Assembly: GCA_027317865.1 (NCBI GenBank)
Contig: DAHVQG010000005.1
Location: 128,001-192,000 of the forward strand
DNA length: 64,000 nt
Reading direction: 5' to 3'
Source of the DNA: Bdellovibrionales bacterium
Lineage (GTDB): Bacteria > Bdellovibrionota > Bdellovibrionia > Bdellovibrionales > UBA1609
Shown here: positions 9,617-18,913 of the stretch, piece by piece
Layout: every line of letters starts with the position of its first letter
How positions within the stretch are numbered: the first letter of the stretch is position 1
Notes under the pieces: generated by a model
Told to the model about the DNA's origin: nothing
Database searches by the model: none
Seen by the model: only the letters and a program-made list of their open reading frames with translations
Position numbers and translations under genes: made by a program

Positions 9617-10591
9617 CTACAAATAAGGATCGTTTGCCAGCAAATAATTTTTAACGTAATCGGTGACGCCCGCCTCTAAATCGTATTGTGGCGCGGAAAG
9701 TCTTTGGGCCATAGCCCTTTCCATAACGGCTTCGGTAAAATATTGGTATTGATTGCGGATGTGGCTCGGCATTTCAATCCAGTCGATATTGAGTGGCTGG
9801 TTCATTTGGCGGAATACAGCCGCGGCTAGGCTCAGCCAAGTTCGTGCTTTGCCGTAACCCAAATTGTAGATACCCGAAACAAATTGCGACATGTCGGCAA
9901 TTTCAAGCATCCATCGCGTAATGTCTTTGACGTATACAAAATCGCGCAGTTGCTCACCGTCTTTATACTTTGGATTATGCGAGCGAAAAAGTCGCAACTT
10001 CCCGGAGGCTTTGATTTGCAAAAATGCTTTATAAACCACGCTGGCCATGTCGCCCTTATGGTATTCATTCGGGCCATAAACGTTGAAAAACCTTAGCCCA
10101 GCCCATCTCGGCGGCACATTTTTTTGCGCCAGCGCCCAGAGGTCAAAATCACGCTTTGAGCGACCGTAGAGGTTCAGCGGCGAAAAAGTTTGCGTATTCG
10201 TCGCATCGTTAAACCCCGAAGTGCCATCGCCATAAACCGCGCCGCTACTCGCGTAGATAAAAGGAATCGAATTTTCGTGGCAGTAAATAAAAAGCGTTTT
10301 TGGCATTTCAATGTTGTTTTCGACAAGTTTTTCCCAATCGGTTTCGGTTGTCGACGAAATCGCGCCCAAGTGAAAAATGATTTCCGGCCTTTGATTTTTC
10401 GGCAGAGAAAGTAGCCAATCTAAAAAGGACTTCGGATCAAAAAAATTTTGATACTGAGCTTTACGAAGCGGCTCCGGTCTTTCTTTTAGATCGACCGGAT
10501 CGACACAAACGATATCATTTCGTCCTTTTTCGTTAAGCAGACGAACTAAAGCCGAACCGATAAAACCGTTTGCTCCTGTGACTACAACCAT
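9617..10591 (-). CDS. hldD: ADP-L-glycero-D-manno-heptose 6-epimerase
   Basis: VTGANGFIGS, HLGAISSTTE, PLNLYGRSK, FNVYGPNEYHKGDMASV. Confidence 0.93.
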   Translation of the reverse strand: MVVVTGANGFIGSALVRLLNEKGRNDIVCVDPVDLKERPEPLRKAQYQNFFDPKSFLDWLLSLPKNQRPEIIFHLGAISSTTETDWEKLVENNIEMPKTLFIYCHENSIPFIYASSGAVYGDGTSGFNDATNTQTFSPLNLYGRSKRDFDLWALAQKNVPPRWAGLRFFNVYGPNEYHKGDMASVVYKAFLQIKASGKLRLFRSHNPKYKDGEQLRDFVYVKDITRWMLEIADMSQFVSGIYNLGYGKARTWLSLAAAVFRQMNQPLNIDWIEMPSHIRNQYQYFTEAVMERAMAQRLSAPQYDLEAGVTDYVKNYLLANDPYL

Positions 10592-10601
10592 AAAGACATT
10601 T

Positions 10602-12452
10602 TTAGATGCATTCTTTGTGACCGTCAATGATACGCAATATCACTTCCTGAAGCGCATCTTCGCCGAGGGGGTTTTCTCTAGCGGATTGTTTGGGGCCCTG
10701 GCGTTTTATGAGTGAGTCAATCGTGCGTTGCATGTCGGCCACTTTGATCCTATGGCGGCGAAACTTACTGAGGATTTCATCCACAATATAAAGTAATGCA
10801 TCTCCGGTCATTCGGTCTTGCCGGTTCGATTGTTCGGCGTTCTCGCGAAATGACTGGCCGAATTTCTTCAGGTCTCGTGGATTTAAGGTCGCTGTGATTT
10901 TTCGCACAGTCTGAACGTACAGCGATTCGAAGTCCCGTATTTGTTTAAGTAGAGTTTTGGTTGGGCGTTTGTCTTTGCCTCTGGCAGATTTTGCCAACAT
11001 CATCACAAACAATTGTTCGGGAGCAATGTGTGACCATCGCGTATTTCTTTGAATCGTGTCGTCGACAATTTTAGATAAATCGATAAGAGCCCGGCGCATG
11101 TTAAGAATGGCAGGGCGATTTACGCCGTCGGGTACTTTTTTTAATTTGTAACGTGTTTTAGCGGACTCCAAGGTTCGAAAAGATGCATAAAGTTGGTGAG
11201 TCAGGACGGGATGGCGTGTTTGTAAGAATGTCGCGGCGGCGTCACTAAAGCCGACTTGTTTTAAAAAAATCTTGGTTACAGAGATGTCAAATTCACGGTC
11301 AAAAATTCGCGTCGACCAGTGACTTCTAAACTGTTCAAGCGGTCGTTTTTTTCCATACCTTAAAAAGTCGACGGCTTGGGCGAAGGTTTGAATAATAGCC
11401 CTGGCTTTTAATCGCTGTTCGTTCAGCGTTGTGGAGAATCTTTCTACATCGTCATAGCGGTATTGGTCGTGTCTTAGCCCGAACTGTCGGATACTCCCGT
11501 AATCGATAATGCCGCCGTTGGCGAGCACGTTGTCGCCGTCCCAATCAAGCCATGCAAAGATGTATTCGCGATCAAGCTTCGCCGCAAATTGAGCAAAAGT
11601 CTGAGCCAAAGTTTTAAGTGTAAGTCGGTCGCGATCTTCATGTTTGGTATCAAAAGGCAAACGGCGATTGGCATGCTCGCGCGAAATAAAGTAGTCCACG
11701 GATTTTCGTAGCGACTCGTATTGATTTTGTTTCAAATGCATAAATATGTGGGCCGGCCGCATGAGATTCGGAGCCGCGCGCACGCCGATACTGTTGCCGC
11801 CGCCAATATCTATGACCGCCAAAACACGTTCGGTATCAACCCCGTTTTGGTAAAAGATTTCTGATAAAATTGCCGCGCCCAAAAGCTCGTCAATGTCGGC
11901 AAGGCCACAACCGTAACCATATTGAGTAGACCCGGAGCGAATTGGCTTTTGTGCTTCGACAAAGCCTGGCGAAAGGCAAGTGACGCCCGTGCCTCGGCTA
12001 CTGATGTCCCACGTTATGCCATTATGCCGGATTTGGCCGTTCCAAATTGAGCGCCCGTCACCTGATGTTGTTCCGCGTTTGTCCGGATGTTGTAACTGCA
12101 GATATCGCGTTGCCATGTAAGGGTGGGGTTTTAATATGCTAGGTAAATAGCGAACATTTTGTTTTTGGTCGTATTCATTAATAATTCGTAGACAAAATGT
12201 GTCTAATATAGTGCGCTCAAGCTTCTTATTTAATACGCGAGCATGCGTTGCAGTGATAAGGCCCATTTCTTTTGCAAGATCAAAATTAAAATAGACGACC
12301 CGCCCGGCAACAATCTTGCGGACAGGATAAAGCACGTAGGAGTTTGGCATTGCGCTTTGCCATTCGTGCTGACCATTAAGTTCGGCAAATCGCGAATAAG
12401 GTTCGGTCGAAAATTCGCGACTGTGCCATTTTTGTTTAGAGATGCGGCCCAT
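10602..12452 (-). CDS. Divergent SelO/YdiU-like pseudokinase (putative protein AMPylase)
   Basis: SGDGRS, SRGTG.T, LSE, DGDNVLANGGIIDYGS parallel SelO GDGR/KG.G.T/SE/DN..IDYG. Confidence 0.7.
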   Translation of the reverse strand: MGRISKQKWHSREFSTEPYSRFAELNGQHEWQSAMPNSYVLYPVRKIVAGRVVYFNFDLAKEMGLITATHARVLNKKLERTILDTFCLRIINEYDQKQNVRYLPSILKPHPYMATRYLQLQHPDKRGTTSGDGRSIWNGQIRHNGITWDISSRGTGVTCLSPGFVEAQKPIRSGSTQYGYGCGLADIDELLGAAILSEIFYQNGVDTERVLAVIDIGGGNSIGVRAAPNLMRPAHIFMHLKQNQYESLRKSVDYFISREHANRRLPFDTKHEDRDRLTLKTLAQTFAQFAAKLDREYIFAWLDWDGDNVLANGGIIDYGSIRQFGLRHDQYRYDDVERFSTTLNEQRLKARAIIQTFAQAVDFLRYGKKRPLEQFRSHWSTRIFDREFDISVTKIFLKQVGFSDAAATFLQTRHPVLTHQLYASFRTLESAKTRYKLKKVPDGVNRPAILNMRRALIDLSKIVDDTIQRNTRWSHIAPEQLFVMMLAKSARGKDKRPTKTLLKQIRDFESLYVQTVRKITATLNPRDLKKFGQSFRENAEQSNRQDRMTGDALLYIVDEILSKFRRHRIKVADMQRTIDSLIKRQGPKQSARENPLGEDALQEVILRIIDGHKECI

Positions 12453-12478
12453 TACAACAGCCAGATCGGCATTTTGGC

Positions 12479-13507
12479 TTATGAGCTAAACTCAATCAGC
12501 GCAATACCACCACCTGGGTTCGAAAAATTTGTAACCTGACCGGAATAAAGTCGAGCGCAAACAAGCTGGATGTCGGATTTATAGACAAAAAACCGCAAAT
12601 CAAATTTCTTGCCCATCCACTCGCCGGGCGGCCGGTATTCTTGAACAATGTAATCTTTGGTCAGAATTTCTTGAAACATTTTTTGACTTATCGAAGACCC
12701 GCGATAAACGGCCTTGGCACCAAACGAAGAGCGTGGCTTAAAAAATAGTTTTTTTCTTTCGGCCCATATTTCATCAGCCGTCTTAAACGAGCCAATGTGT
12801 CGGCAGGGAATTAAAACATTCGAAACGCTTTTTAATGAAAAATCAACAAGCCGCGCTTTATCCGCAAGAAGCAAATACTCGCGAGGATGTGGCGATAGCG
12901 CGATTTGATTTTGACTCCAAGTGGCCCACAATTTAGCTGACGACGGCGACTCCAAATAAAAGTCCGTGAGCCGATTATAAATAAAACCGTTTTTTATTAG
13001 AAGTTCCGGAACAGGCAAGTCGTTAATATCGTAAATGGAACAATCGCGAACCCCCCACGAACGAAACAAATCTTTGTACATTAGAAATTCAAAATACGTC
13101 TTTTGCGCGGTCGGGTTTTCGTCAACGATGGCGATCCATTCAGGTGGAATTATCGTTTTATTGATTTTAGACCACTCGTCAAAGAATGACTTGTGGAGTG
13201 TTTCAAGCGCACGCTTTGCTGCGCGTTCGTCAAGCTCGGCAGTTAAAAGATATTGCGAAGCGTTCGTATTGATTTCAATAAGTGATAACTGTTCAGTCGA
13301 AAAATCGTAGTGAAAATCATAGGACATCAATACCGACGAATCGGTTGCTGGCATATCAAAAACGGCGATGAGACGTGGATCAGTCAATTTTTGGCGGAGC
13401 TCGCGTAGCCAGTCGGGTGAGTGTGCATATTCAAATATTTCTTTAACCGCGACCTGTGCCCGTTCAAAAACAAAACGCGGCAGGCGCACAATGGTTTGCG
13501 CCACCAC
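12479..13507 (-). CDS. Circularly permuted ATP-grasp ligase-like protein
   Basis: N-terminal YDF..LIEINTN; FFKP..SFGAKAVYRG, IVQEY, FDLR, ARLY...GGG. Confidence 0.7.
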   Translation of the reverse strand: MVAQTIVRLPRFVFERAQVAVKEIFEYAHSPDWLRELRQKLTDPRLIAVFDMPATDSSVLMSYDFHYDFSTEQLSLIEINTNASQYLLTAELDERAAKRALETLHKSFFDEWSKINKTIIPPEWIAIVDENPTAQKTYFEFLMYKDLFRSWGVRDCSIYDINDLPVPELLIKNGFIYNRLTDFYLESPSSAKLWATWSQNQIALSPHPREYLLLADKARLVDFSLKSVSNVLIPCRHIGSFKTADEIWAERKKLFFKPRSSFGAKAVYRGSSISQKMFQEILTKDYIVQEYRPPGEWMGKKFDLRFFVYKSDIQLVCARLYSGQVTNFSNPGGGIALIEFSS

Positions 13508-13594
13508 GTTTTTTAAATGATTTTGAAGATCGTCGACGGCGGTGAGAGATGGATACTTTTGAACAAGGCCGTCAACGAATTTTGTATAGTTCAG

Positions 13595-14119
13595 TTACTT
13601 CACCTGAACGTGTTTTTGCCCTGGTTTCCAGCCTGCGCCGCAGAGTTCGCCGGATTTCAGGCCCTGCAAAACACGCAAAATTTCATTGGCGTCACGGCCG
13701 ACGTCAAGGTTGTGAATTCCCATGTACTGAATGACACCTTCAGGATCAATAATGAACGTTCCGCGAGTTGCTACGCCTTTGTCTTGAAGCAACACGCCGT
13801 AATCGCGCGCCAGTTGTTTTGTTACGTCGCCAATCAATGGATAGCCGAGGTTACCAAGATCGTCTTTTAGCCAACGTTTGTGTGAGTGTACGGAATCGAT
13901 ACTGCAGCCTAGAACTTCTGCGCCCGCTTCTTTAAATGACTTGAGGTGGTCGCGAAATTGCGTGATTTCAGTTGGGCAGACAAAGGTAAAATCAAGCGGA
14001 TAGAAAAATAACACCACATACTTGCCTCGATAACTCGACAGGCTGACGTCTTTAAAATCTCCGCCATCGACAACGGCTTGAGCAGTAAATTGCGGTGCGG
14101 GTTGACCAATCATTGGCAT
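13595..14119 (-). CDS. ahpC: 2-Cys peroxiredoxin (AhpC/Prx1)
   Basis: FFYPLDFTFVCPTE, GRDANEILR, GELCGAGW; AAGGAG SD. Confidence 0.93.
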   Translation of the reverse strand: MPMIGQPAPQFTAQAVVDGGDFKDVSLSSYRGKYVVLFFYPLDFTFVCPTEITQFRDHLKSFKEAGAEVLGCSIDSVHSHKRWLKDDLGNLGYPLIGDVTKQLARDYGVLLQDKGVATRGTFIIDPEGVIQYMGIHNLDVGRDANEILRVLQGLKSGELCGAGWKPGQKHVQVK

Positions 14120-14239
14120 ATTATCTCCTTTGTTAATCGGTGATCTTGTCAGGTTTATCTTTATCTGCCACAAGTCTGTGTTGTCAGCAAGAAACGCAAA
14201 CCTTTACCAAATTGAAACTGGGCTGATGACGGAGATGAA

Positions 14240-15007
14240 ATGCGAATTGTCACTTGGAACGTGAACGGGGTACGCGCTGTAGCCAAAAAGGGTCTATTAG
14301 AATTTATCCAAAAAACAGATCCCGACATTTTTTGCGTGCAAGAATCCAAAGCTCACCCCGATCAATGCGAAGAAAAACTTATCAAACCGTTAGGGCGCAC
14401 GAGCTATTGGTCGTCGGCTTATCGCCCGGGTTATTCGGGCACAATAACCTATCTAAAAGCGGCGCCAGTTTCAGTTCAACAAAGTATCGGGATTAAAAAA
14501 TTCGATTGCGAGGGCCGGTTTGTTATTACCGAACAAAACGGATTTTTACTGTACAACGTTTACTTCCCAAACGGCGGGTCCGGCGAAGAGCGTCATCGAT
14601 TCAAGCAGGAGTTTTTAATACGCCTTAAAGAGCATTTACTTAAAAAACTTCATTCCGGGCACGAAATCATATTAGTTGGAGATTACAATATCGCGCCCGA
14701 AAACATTGATGTTTACGATCCGGTTAACCTTGCAAACCAATCTGGTTTTTTACCCGAAGAGCGGCGTTGGTTTGGGGAGTTTCTGGCTGATGGGTTTGTG
14801 GATTTATTTCGCCACTTTCATTCCAACGAAAAATTTCGCTATACGTGGTGGAATTATCTCGACCAAGGTCGTACCGGCAACCGTGGCTGGCGAATCGATC
14901 ACATTTGTGTCAGCCGCGGGTTAATGAGTCGAATGAAAAGTTGCGAAATTTTAGATGACGTCACGGGCTCAGACCATTGTCCGGTGACCTGTGAATTAGA
15001 TGCTTGA
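14240..15007 (+). CDS. xth: Exodeoxyribonuclease III
   Basis: TWNVNG, QESK, YFPNG, GDYN, GWRIDH, GSDHCP. Confidence 0.96.
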   Translation: MRIVTWNVNGVRAVAKKGLLEFIQKTDPDIFCVQESKAHPDQCEEKLIKPLGRTSYWSSAYRPGYSGTITYLKAAPVSVQQSIGIKKFDCEGRFVITEQNGFLLYNVYFPNGGSGEERHRFKQEFLIRLKEHLLKKLHSGHEIILVGDYNIAPENIDVYDPVNLANQSGFLPEERRWFGEFLADGFVDLFRHFHSNEKFRYTWWNYLDQGRTGNRGWRIDHICVSRGLMSRMKSCEILDDVTGSDHCPVTCELDA

Positions 15008-15061
15008 AAAACCATCCAACATTGGCGTTAGACTGCACCTTTAATGTACCATCTAAAAGCC

Positions 15062-15526
15062 ATGAAACGAGTGCGTTTAGTAGTTGTGATCTTTGCATTT
15101 TTTGCGTTTGCTCAAGCTCGCGCGCTTTGCGTGAAAGTTCAAATGGCGACTTTGCGGGCCGGCCCCAGTTTTCGCGATGCTATTACTTGGCGGGCTGGTT
15201 TATACACGCCACTTGTTGAGCTGGCGTCGCAAGGGGGATGGTTTAAAGTAAAAGATATGGATGGAGATATACAGTGGATCCCCATGGGCGATGTGTCGCA
15301 AAACATGGAGTGTCTCTCTGTTCGCGTTCAATCTGCAATTCTCAGAATGGGACCCAGTCGAAAGGCGAAACTTGCAAATATTGTTGAAGTGGACCGCTAT
15401 ACGCCGTTTAAGCAAATCGATGAAAATGGCGATTGGTATAAGGTTGAAGCGAGTTGGGGTTCAACCTATTGGATTAATGATAACGCGGTCTGGCTCCCAC
15501 TTCGCATAATGCGAGTTAGTTTTTAA
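15062..15526 (+). CDS. Exported tandem bacterial SH3-domain protein
   Basis: Signal peptide ending AQARA; two LR.GPS...W.KV...W repeats. Confidence 0.8.
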   Translation: MKRVRLVVVIFAFFAFAQARALCVKVQMATLRAGPSFRDAITWRAGLYTPLVELASQGGWFKVKDMDGDIQWIPMGDVSQNMECLSVRVQSAILRMGPSRKAKLANIVEVDRYTPFKQIDENGDWYKVEASWGSTYWINDNAVWLPLRIMRVSF

Positions 15527-15641
15527 GATGTTTTAAGTTTTTTGCTTGCTTTACATCATGCGTTGTGTGTAAATAGTTCAGTTCCAAATTGGAACTATTA
15601 CAAAATTGGTACCTAGCCATCAGCGACAGGGGGGAAGCGAA

Positions 15642-16013
15642 ATGGCGTTATCAAAATCTCTCGTTGAGAAGTGCAAAAGAGCGCTACTTGAAGCTAAGGC
15701 CGACATTCTGAACAGAGTACGCGACGTTCGTGAGGACTTACACTCTTCAGAGGACGGCAAGGCCGGAGATGAAGGCGATCAAACAGTTCGCGCTCTAGCT
15801 GAAAACGAAGCGCTTTCAAACAATGAACGGCTTCGTGGCCAACTCATGGAAATTGAAATGGCCTTATCGCGCATTGAAAACGGCACCTATGGCATTTGCG
15901 AAGAAACCGAGGAGCCAATTGAACCTGAACGATTATTGGCAATCCCGTGGACGCGTCTCAGCATTGAGGGCGCGGAGATTCGCGAATCAGTCATGAAACG
16001 TTACGCGCGCTAG
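15642..16013 (+). CDS. DksA/TraR family protein, single-Cys (Zn-free) type
   Basis: GDEGDQ coiled-coil tip; ALSRIENGTYGICEETEEPIEPERLLAIPW. Confidence 0.88.
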   Translation: MALSKSLVEKCKRALLEAKADILNRVRDVREDLHSSEDGKAGDEGDQTVRALAENEALSNNERLRGQLMEIEMALSRIENGTYGICEETEEPIEPERLLAIPWTRLSIEGAEIRESVMKRYAR

Positions 16014-17056
16014 ACTTGGTTTGTAAGAGCCGCCCAGCTGCATAGCTGAAATAGCAGGCGAGCTCCAACATTACCATCCCATTCGTCATCATTTGGGCCT
16101 GGCGCGACTTCGTTTAAATCAAATCCAACTATTTTTCGGCCAGAGCGGCTCACTTTTTCAAGCAGATAAGAGGCTTGATCAAAACTCAAGCCGCCCGGCA
16201 CGGGTGTCCCGGTGTGCGGGCAAAATTCCGGTGAAAGGCCGTCGATGTCAAACGATACGTAGACGAGTTTTGGTAGAGAGCTCACAATTTTTTCGCAAAT
16301 TGATTCCCAAGGTTCACCCGTGAACAGTTGACGTTTCAGCTCTTGATCAAAGAACGTTTGAATTCTTTCGGTTTGTTGTCGAATAAATTCGGCTTCTTCG
16401 CGGCAATAATCGCGGATGCCAACTTGCACCAGTTTTTGCGGTGGTTTTTTCAATTGACAGACATTGCGCATAATCGAAGCGTGCGAGAACTGAAAACCTT
16501 GGTACGCAAGCCGCAAATCGGCGTGCGCATCAATATGTAAAACTCCCACTTTTTCGGCTCCGTGCGTCTCGCATATGGCACGGATCGCTCCCAAGGGCGT
16601 TGAGTGATCGCCGCCAATTACTACGGGCACCTTGTCTTGCTCTAGAATTTCTTTCGTGCGTGTATAAACGGTAGCGACCATTTGAGCGCAACCTGAATTT
16701 ACTGTTTCTAAATTATTGATCGCTTCGCGAGAAGTGATCGCGCCATTATCGTCCCATTCTTGAATCACCTGCTGCGCCAGCGGTTTGAGGCGCTCACTCT
16801 GTTCATAAAGCGCTTTCGAGTCAAAGTGGTTATCCCAAAAAAAACCAGCGGTAAAAGCGTCGGCGGCATCATTGCTAAAGCGCGGGTCATAAAGATCAAC
16901 TTGTGGACTTGCGCTATAAATAGCTTCTGGCCCGCGACTTGTGCCACTGCCATACGATGTTGTAACCTCCCATGGCACGGGCATCAGGATAATAAGTGAA
17001 GAATCATAATCGGCACAAAGGCCAAATATTCCGTCGGATTTTCTTTGCTTCGTCAT
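16010..17056 (-). CDS. speB: Agmatinase (ureohydrolase family)
   Basis: GGDHS, HIDAHADLR, SFDIDGL, TGTPVPGG; ORF-track extension into the repeat is probably not translated. Confidence 0.85.
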   Translation of the reverse strand: MTKQRKSDGIFGLCADYDSSLIILMPVPWEVTTSYGSGTSRGPEAIYSASPQVDLYDPRFSNDAADAFTAGFFWDNHFDSKALYEQSERLKPLAQQVIQEWDDNGAITSREAINNLETVNSGCAQMVATVYTRTKEILEQDKVPVVIGGDHSTPLGAIRAICETHGAEKVGVLHIDAHADLRLAYQGFQFSHASIMRNVCQLKKPPQKLVQVGIRDYCREEAEFIRQQTERIQTFFDQELKRQLFTGEPWESICEKIVSSLPKLVYVSFDIDGLSPEFCPHTGTPVPGGLSFDQASYLLEKVSRSGRKIVGFDLNEVAPGPNDDEWDGNVGARLLFQLCSWAALTNQV

Positions 17057-17093
17057 GGCCAGAGGTTTTAATAGAGAGTCATTGAAACTGCAA

Positions 17094-17168
17094 CCCGAAG
17101 ACGCAAGTCGTGAGGGAACCCGAAGACGCAAGTCGTGAGGGAGCCCGAAGACGCAAGTCGTGAGGGAG
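17094..17168 (+). repeat. Three tandem 25-nt hairpin-forming repeats
   Basis: CCCGAAGACGCAAGTCGTGAGGGA(A/G) x3 at 17094, 17119, 17144; no spacers. Confidence 0.97.
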
Positions 17169-17193
17169 CGATTCAAACTGTTGGGGGAAAGTT

Positions 17194-18903
17194 ATGAGGA
17201 ATTCGAGGGGTAAAATGTTGCAATTTAGCGCCGTAATCGCGGGCCTTTTTTGTTTTTTGTTCGTGCCGAATGCATTGGCTGCTCCAAAACACTTACGCGG
17301 CCATTTTGTTGGCCACCACCAAATGCGGCCGTCAGAGGATGTAATTGGCAATCCGAATGCGCCGGTTGGTGGGACTTTTTCTACGACCCTTGATGCCGAG
17401 CCGGATTCGTTAAATCCGTTAAAATCGACAGATGCCTATGGGGCTGCCGTTCAAAGTTATTGTTTCGACACGCTATTGCAACACAACATTCAAAACTATC
17501 AATATGAACCAAGTTTGGCCGTTCGATGGTCGGTTGCTCCTAACGGGAAATATTATACCTTTTGGCTTCGAAAAGACGCTAAATTTACGGACGGAGAGCC
17601 GGTTACGGCTTCTGACGTCAAATTTAGTTTCGACGCCTTTAACAACCCCAAGCTCGCGGACGCTGTTAACGAAGTATATTTTCAAAATATCGCCAGCGCG
17701 AAAGTTCTTGGACCGTACGAAGTTCGTTTTTATGTTAAGAGAAAATATTTTCTAAACCTCGATACCATCGCGACGATGGATATTTTGCCAAAATCGGTTT
17801 ACGGCAACCCGAAAAAAAATATGTCCAGGCAAATCGTCGGATCCGGTCCGTATAAACTTGCCAAGTTTAATCAAGGCCAAGAAATCGTACTTGTTCGAAA
17901 CAATAATTGGTGGGGGTTTAAAACACCGCAAAATCGCGGGTTTTATAAATTTAAAAAAATTATTTTCAGAGTGATAACCAATCAAACCGCTCAACTCGAG
18001 GCGCTCGAACGCGGGGATCTCAGTTTTCTTGGGCTGACCCCCGAGCAATTTGTGAAAAAGACTTCGGGTTACCCTTGGGGTAAAAAAGTTTTTAAAAGGC
18101 AGGTTGAAAATTCAATACCACACACGGAAGGTTTTATCGGGCTCAATTTTGCATATCCTTTATTTAAGGACGTGCGTGTGCGGCGTGCCTTGTCGCTTCT
18201 TTTGAATCGCAAGCTTATGATCCAAAAGTTTTATTTTAACAAATATTCGGCCGCGACAGGGCCGTGGTATAGCAAGAGCCCTGACGCCGACCCTCGTGCG
18301 AAGCCTTTTGCATATAATCCGTCTTTAGCGCGTAAACTTCTAAAAGAAGCGGGGTGGGCGGATACGAATCACGACGGTGTTCTTGATAAAATGATCAACG
18401 GCCATCGGGTGGATTTTCGTTTTTCAGTTATAAATGGCGGCGGGCCATGGGCGAAAATTTTGACTTTTTATCAGCAAGAACTACGTAAAAACGGAATTCA
18501 GCTAATCATCAAACAGGTCGACTGGAATTCGCTTGAAACAGATATCAATGAGGGCAAATTTCAAGCGGTTGCTATGGCCTGGGGTGGTGTTGTTTACAAT
18601 GACCCGAAGCAAATTTGGGCATCGAGCAGCCACGTCAACGGCGGGTCTAACTTTATCGGATATTCGAATCCGAAGGTTGATCGGTTGATCAATGAGGCTC
18701 GTGAGGATTTAAATCTGAGAACGCGTGAACCAATGATGCATGAGATTTATTCTCTTATTCGAAACGATTACCCGTACATTTTCTTGTGGAGTCCGAAATA
18801 CAGTCTCTACGCGTATGACAGCAAAATGCATATGCTACGGCCGACTTATAAATACGATATCGGCACTGGGACATGGTGGGCGAACGAAAAAGTGGCTCCG
18901 TAA
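17194..18903 (+). CDS. Peptide ABC transporter substrate-binding protein (SBP family 5)
   Basis: Signal peptide; EPDSLNP, LAVRW, KFTDGEPVTASDVKFSF, GSGPYKL, DVRVRRAL. Confidence 0.93.
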   Translation: MRNSRGKMLQFSAVIAGLFCFLFVPNALAAPKHLRGHFVGHHQMRPSEDVIGNPNAPVGGTFSTTLDAEPDSLNPLKSTDAYGAAVQSYCFDTLLQHNIQNYQYEPSLAVRWSVAPNGKYYTFWLRKDAKFTDGEPVTASDVKFSFDAFNNPKLADAVNEVYFQNIASAKVLGPYEVRFYVKRKYFLNLDTIATMDILPKSVYGNPKKNMSRQIVGSGPYKLAKFNQGQEIVLVRNNNWWGFKTPQNRGFYKFKKIIFRVITNQTAQLEALERGDLSFLGLTPEQFVKKTSGYPWGKKVFKRQVENSIPHTEGFIGLNFAYPLFKDVRVRRALSLLLNRKLMIQKFYFNKYSAATGPWYSKSPDADPRAKPFAYNPSLARKLLKEAGWADTNHDGVLDKMINGHRVDFRFSVINGGGPWAKILTFYQQELRKNGIQLIIKQVDWNSLETDINEGKFQAVAMAWGGVVYNDPKQIWASSSHVNGGSNFIGYSNPKVDRLINEAREDLNLRTREPMMHEIYSLIRNDYPYIFLWSPKYSLYAYDSKMHMLRPTYKYDIGTGTWWANEKVAP

Positions 18904-18913
18904 GGTTTGTTTT

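Noticed and set aside
17094-17168. CRISPR array
   Set aside because: Units are contiguous with no spacers, and no cas genes are in the window
17094-17168. Guanidine-II riboswitch for the ureohydrolase gene
   Set aside because: Loops are GCAA/UUGC, not ACGR, and the array lies upstream of the predicted speB promoter
17057-17351. N-terminal extension of speB and ORF 17079..17351
   Set aside because: Read-through of the DNA repeat; promoter placement supports ATG 17056
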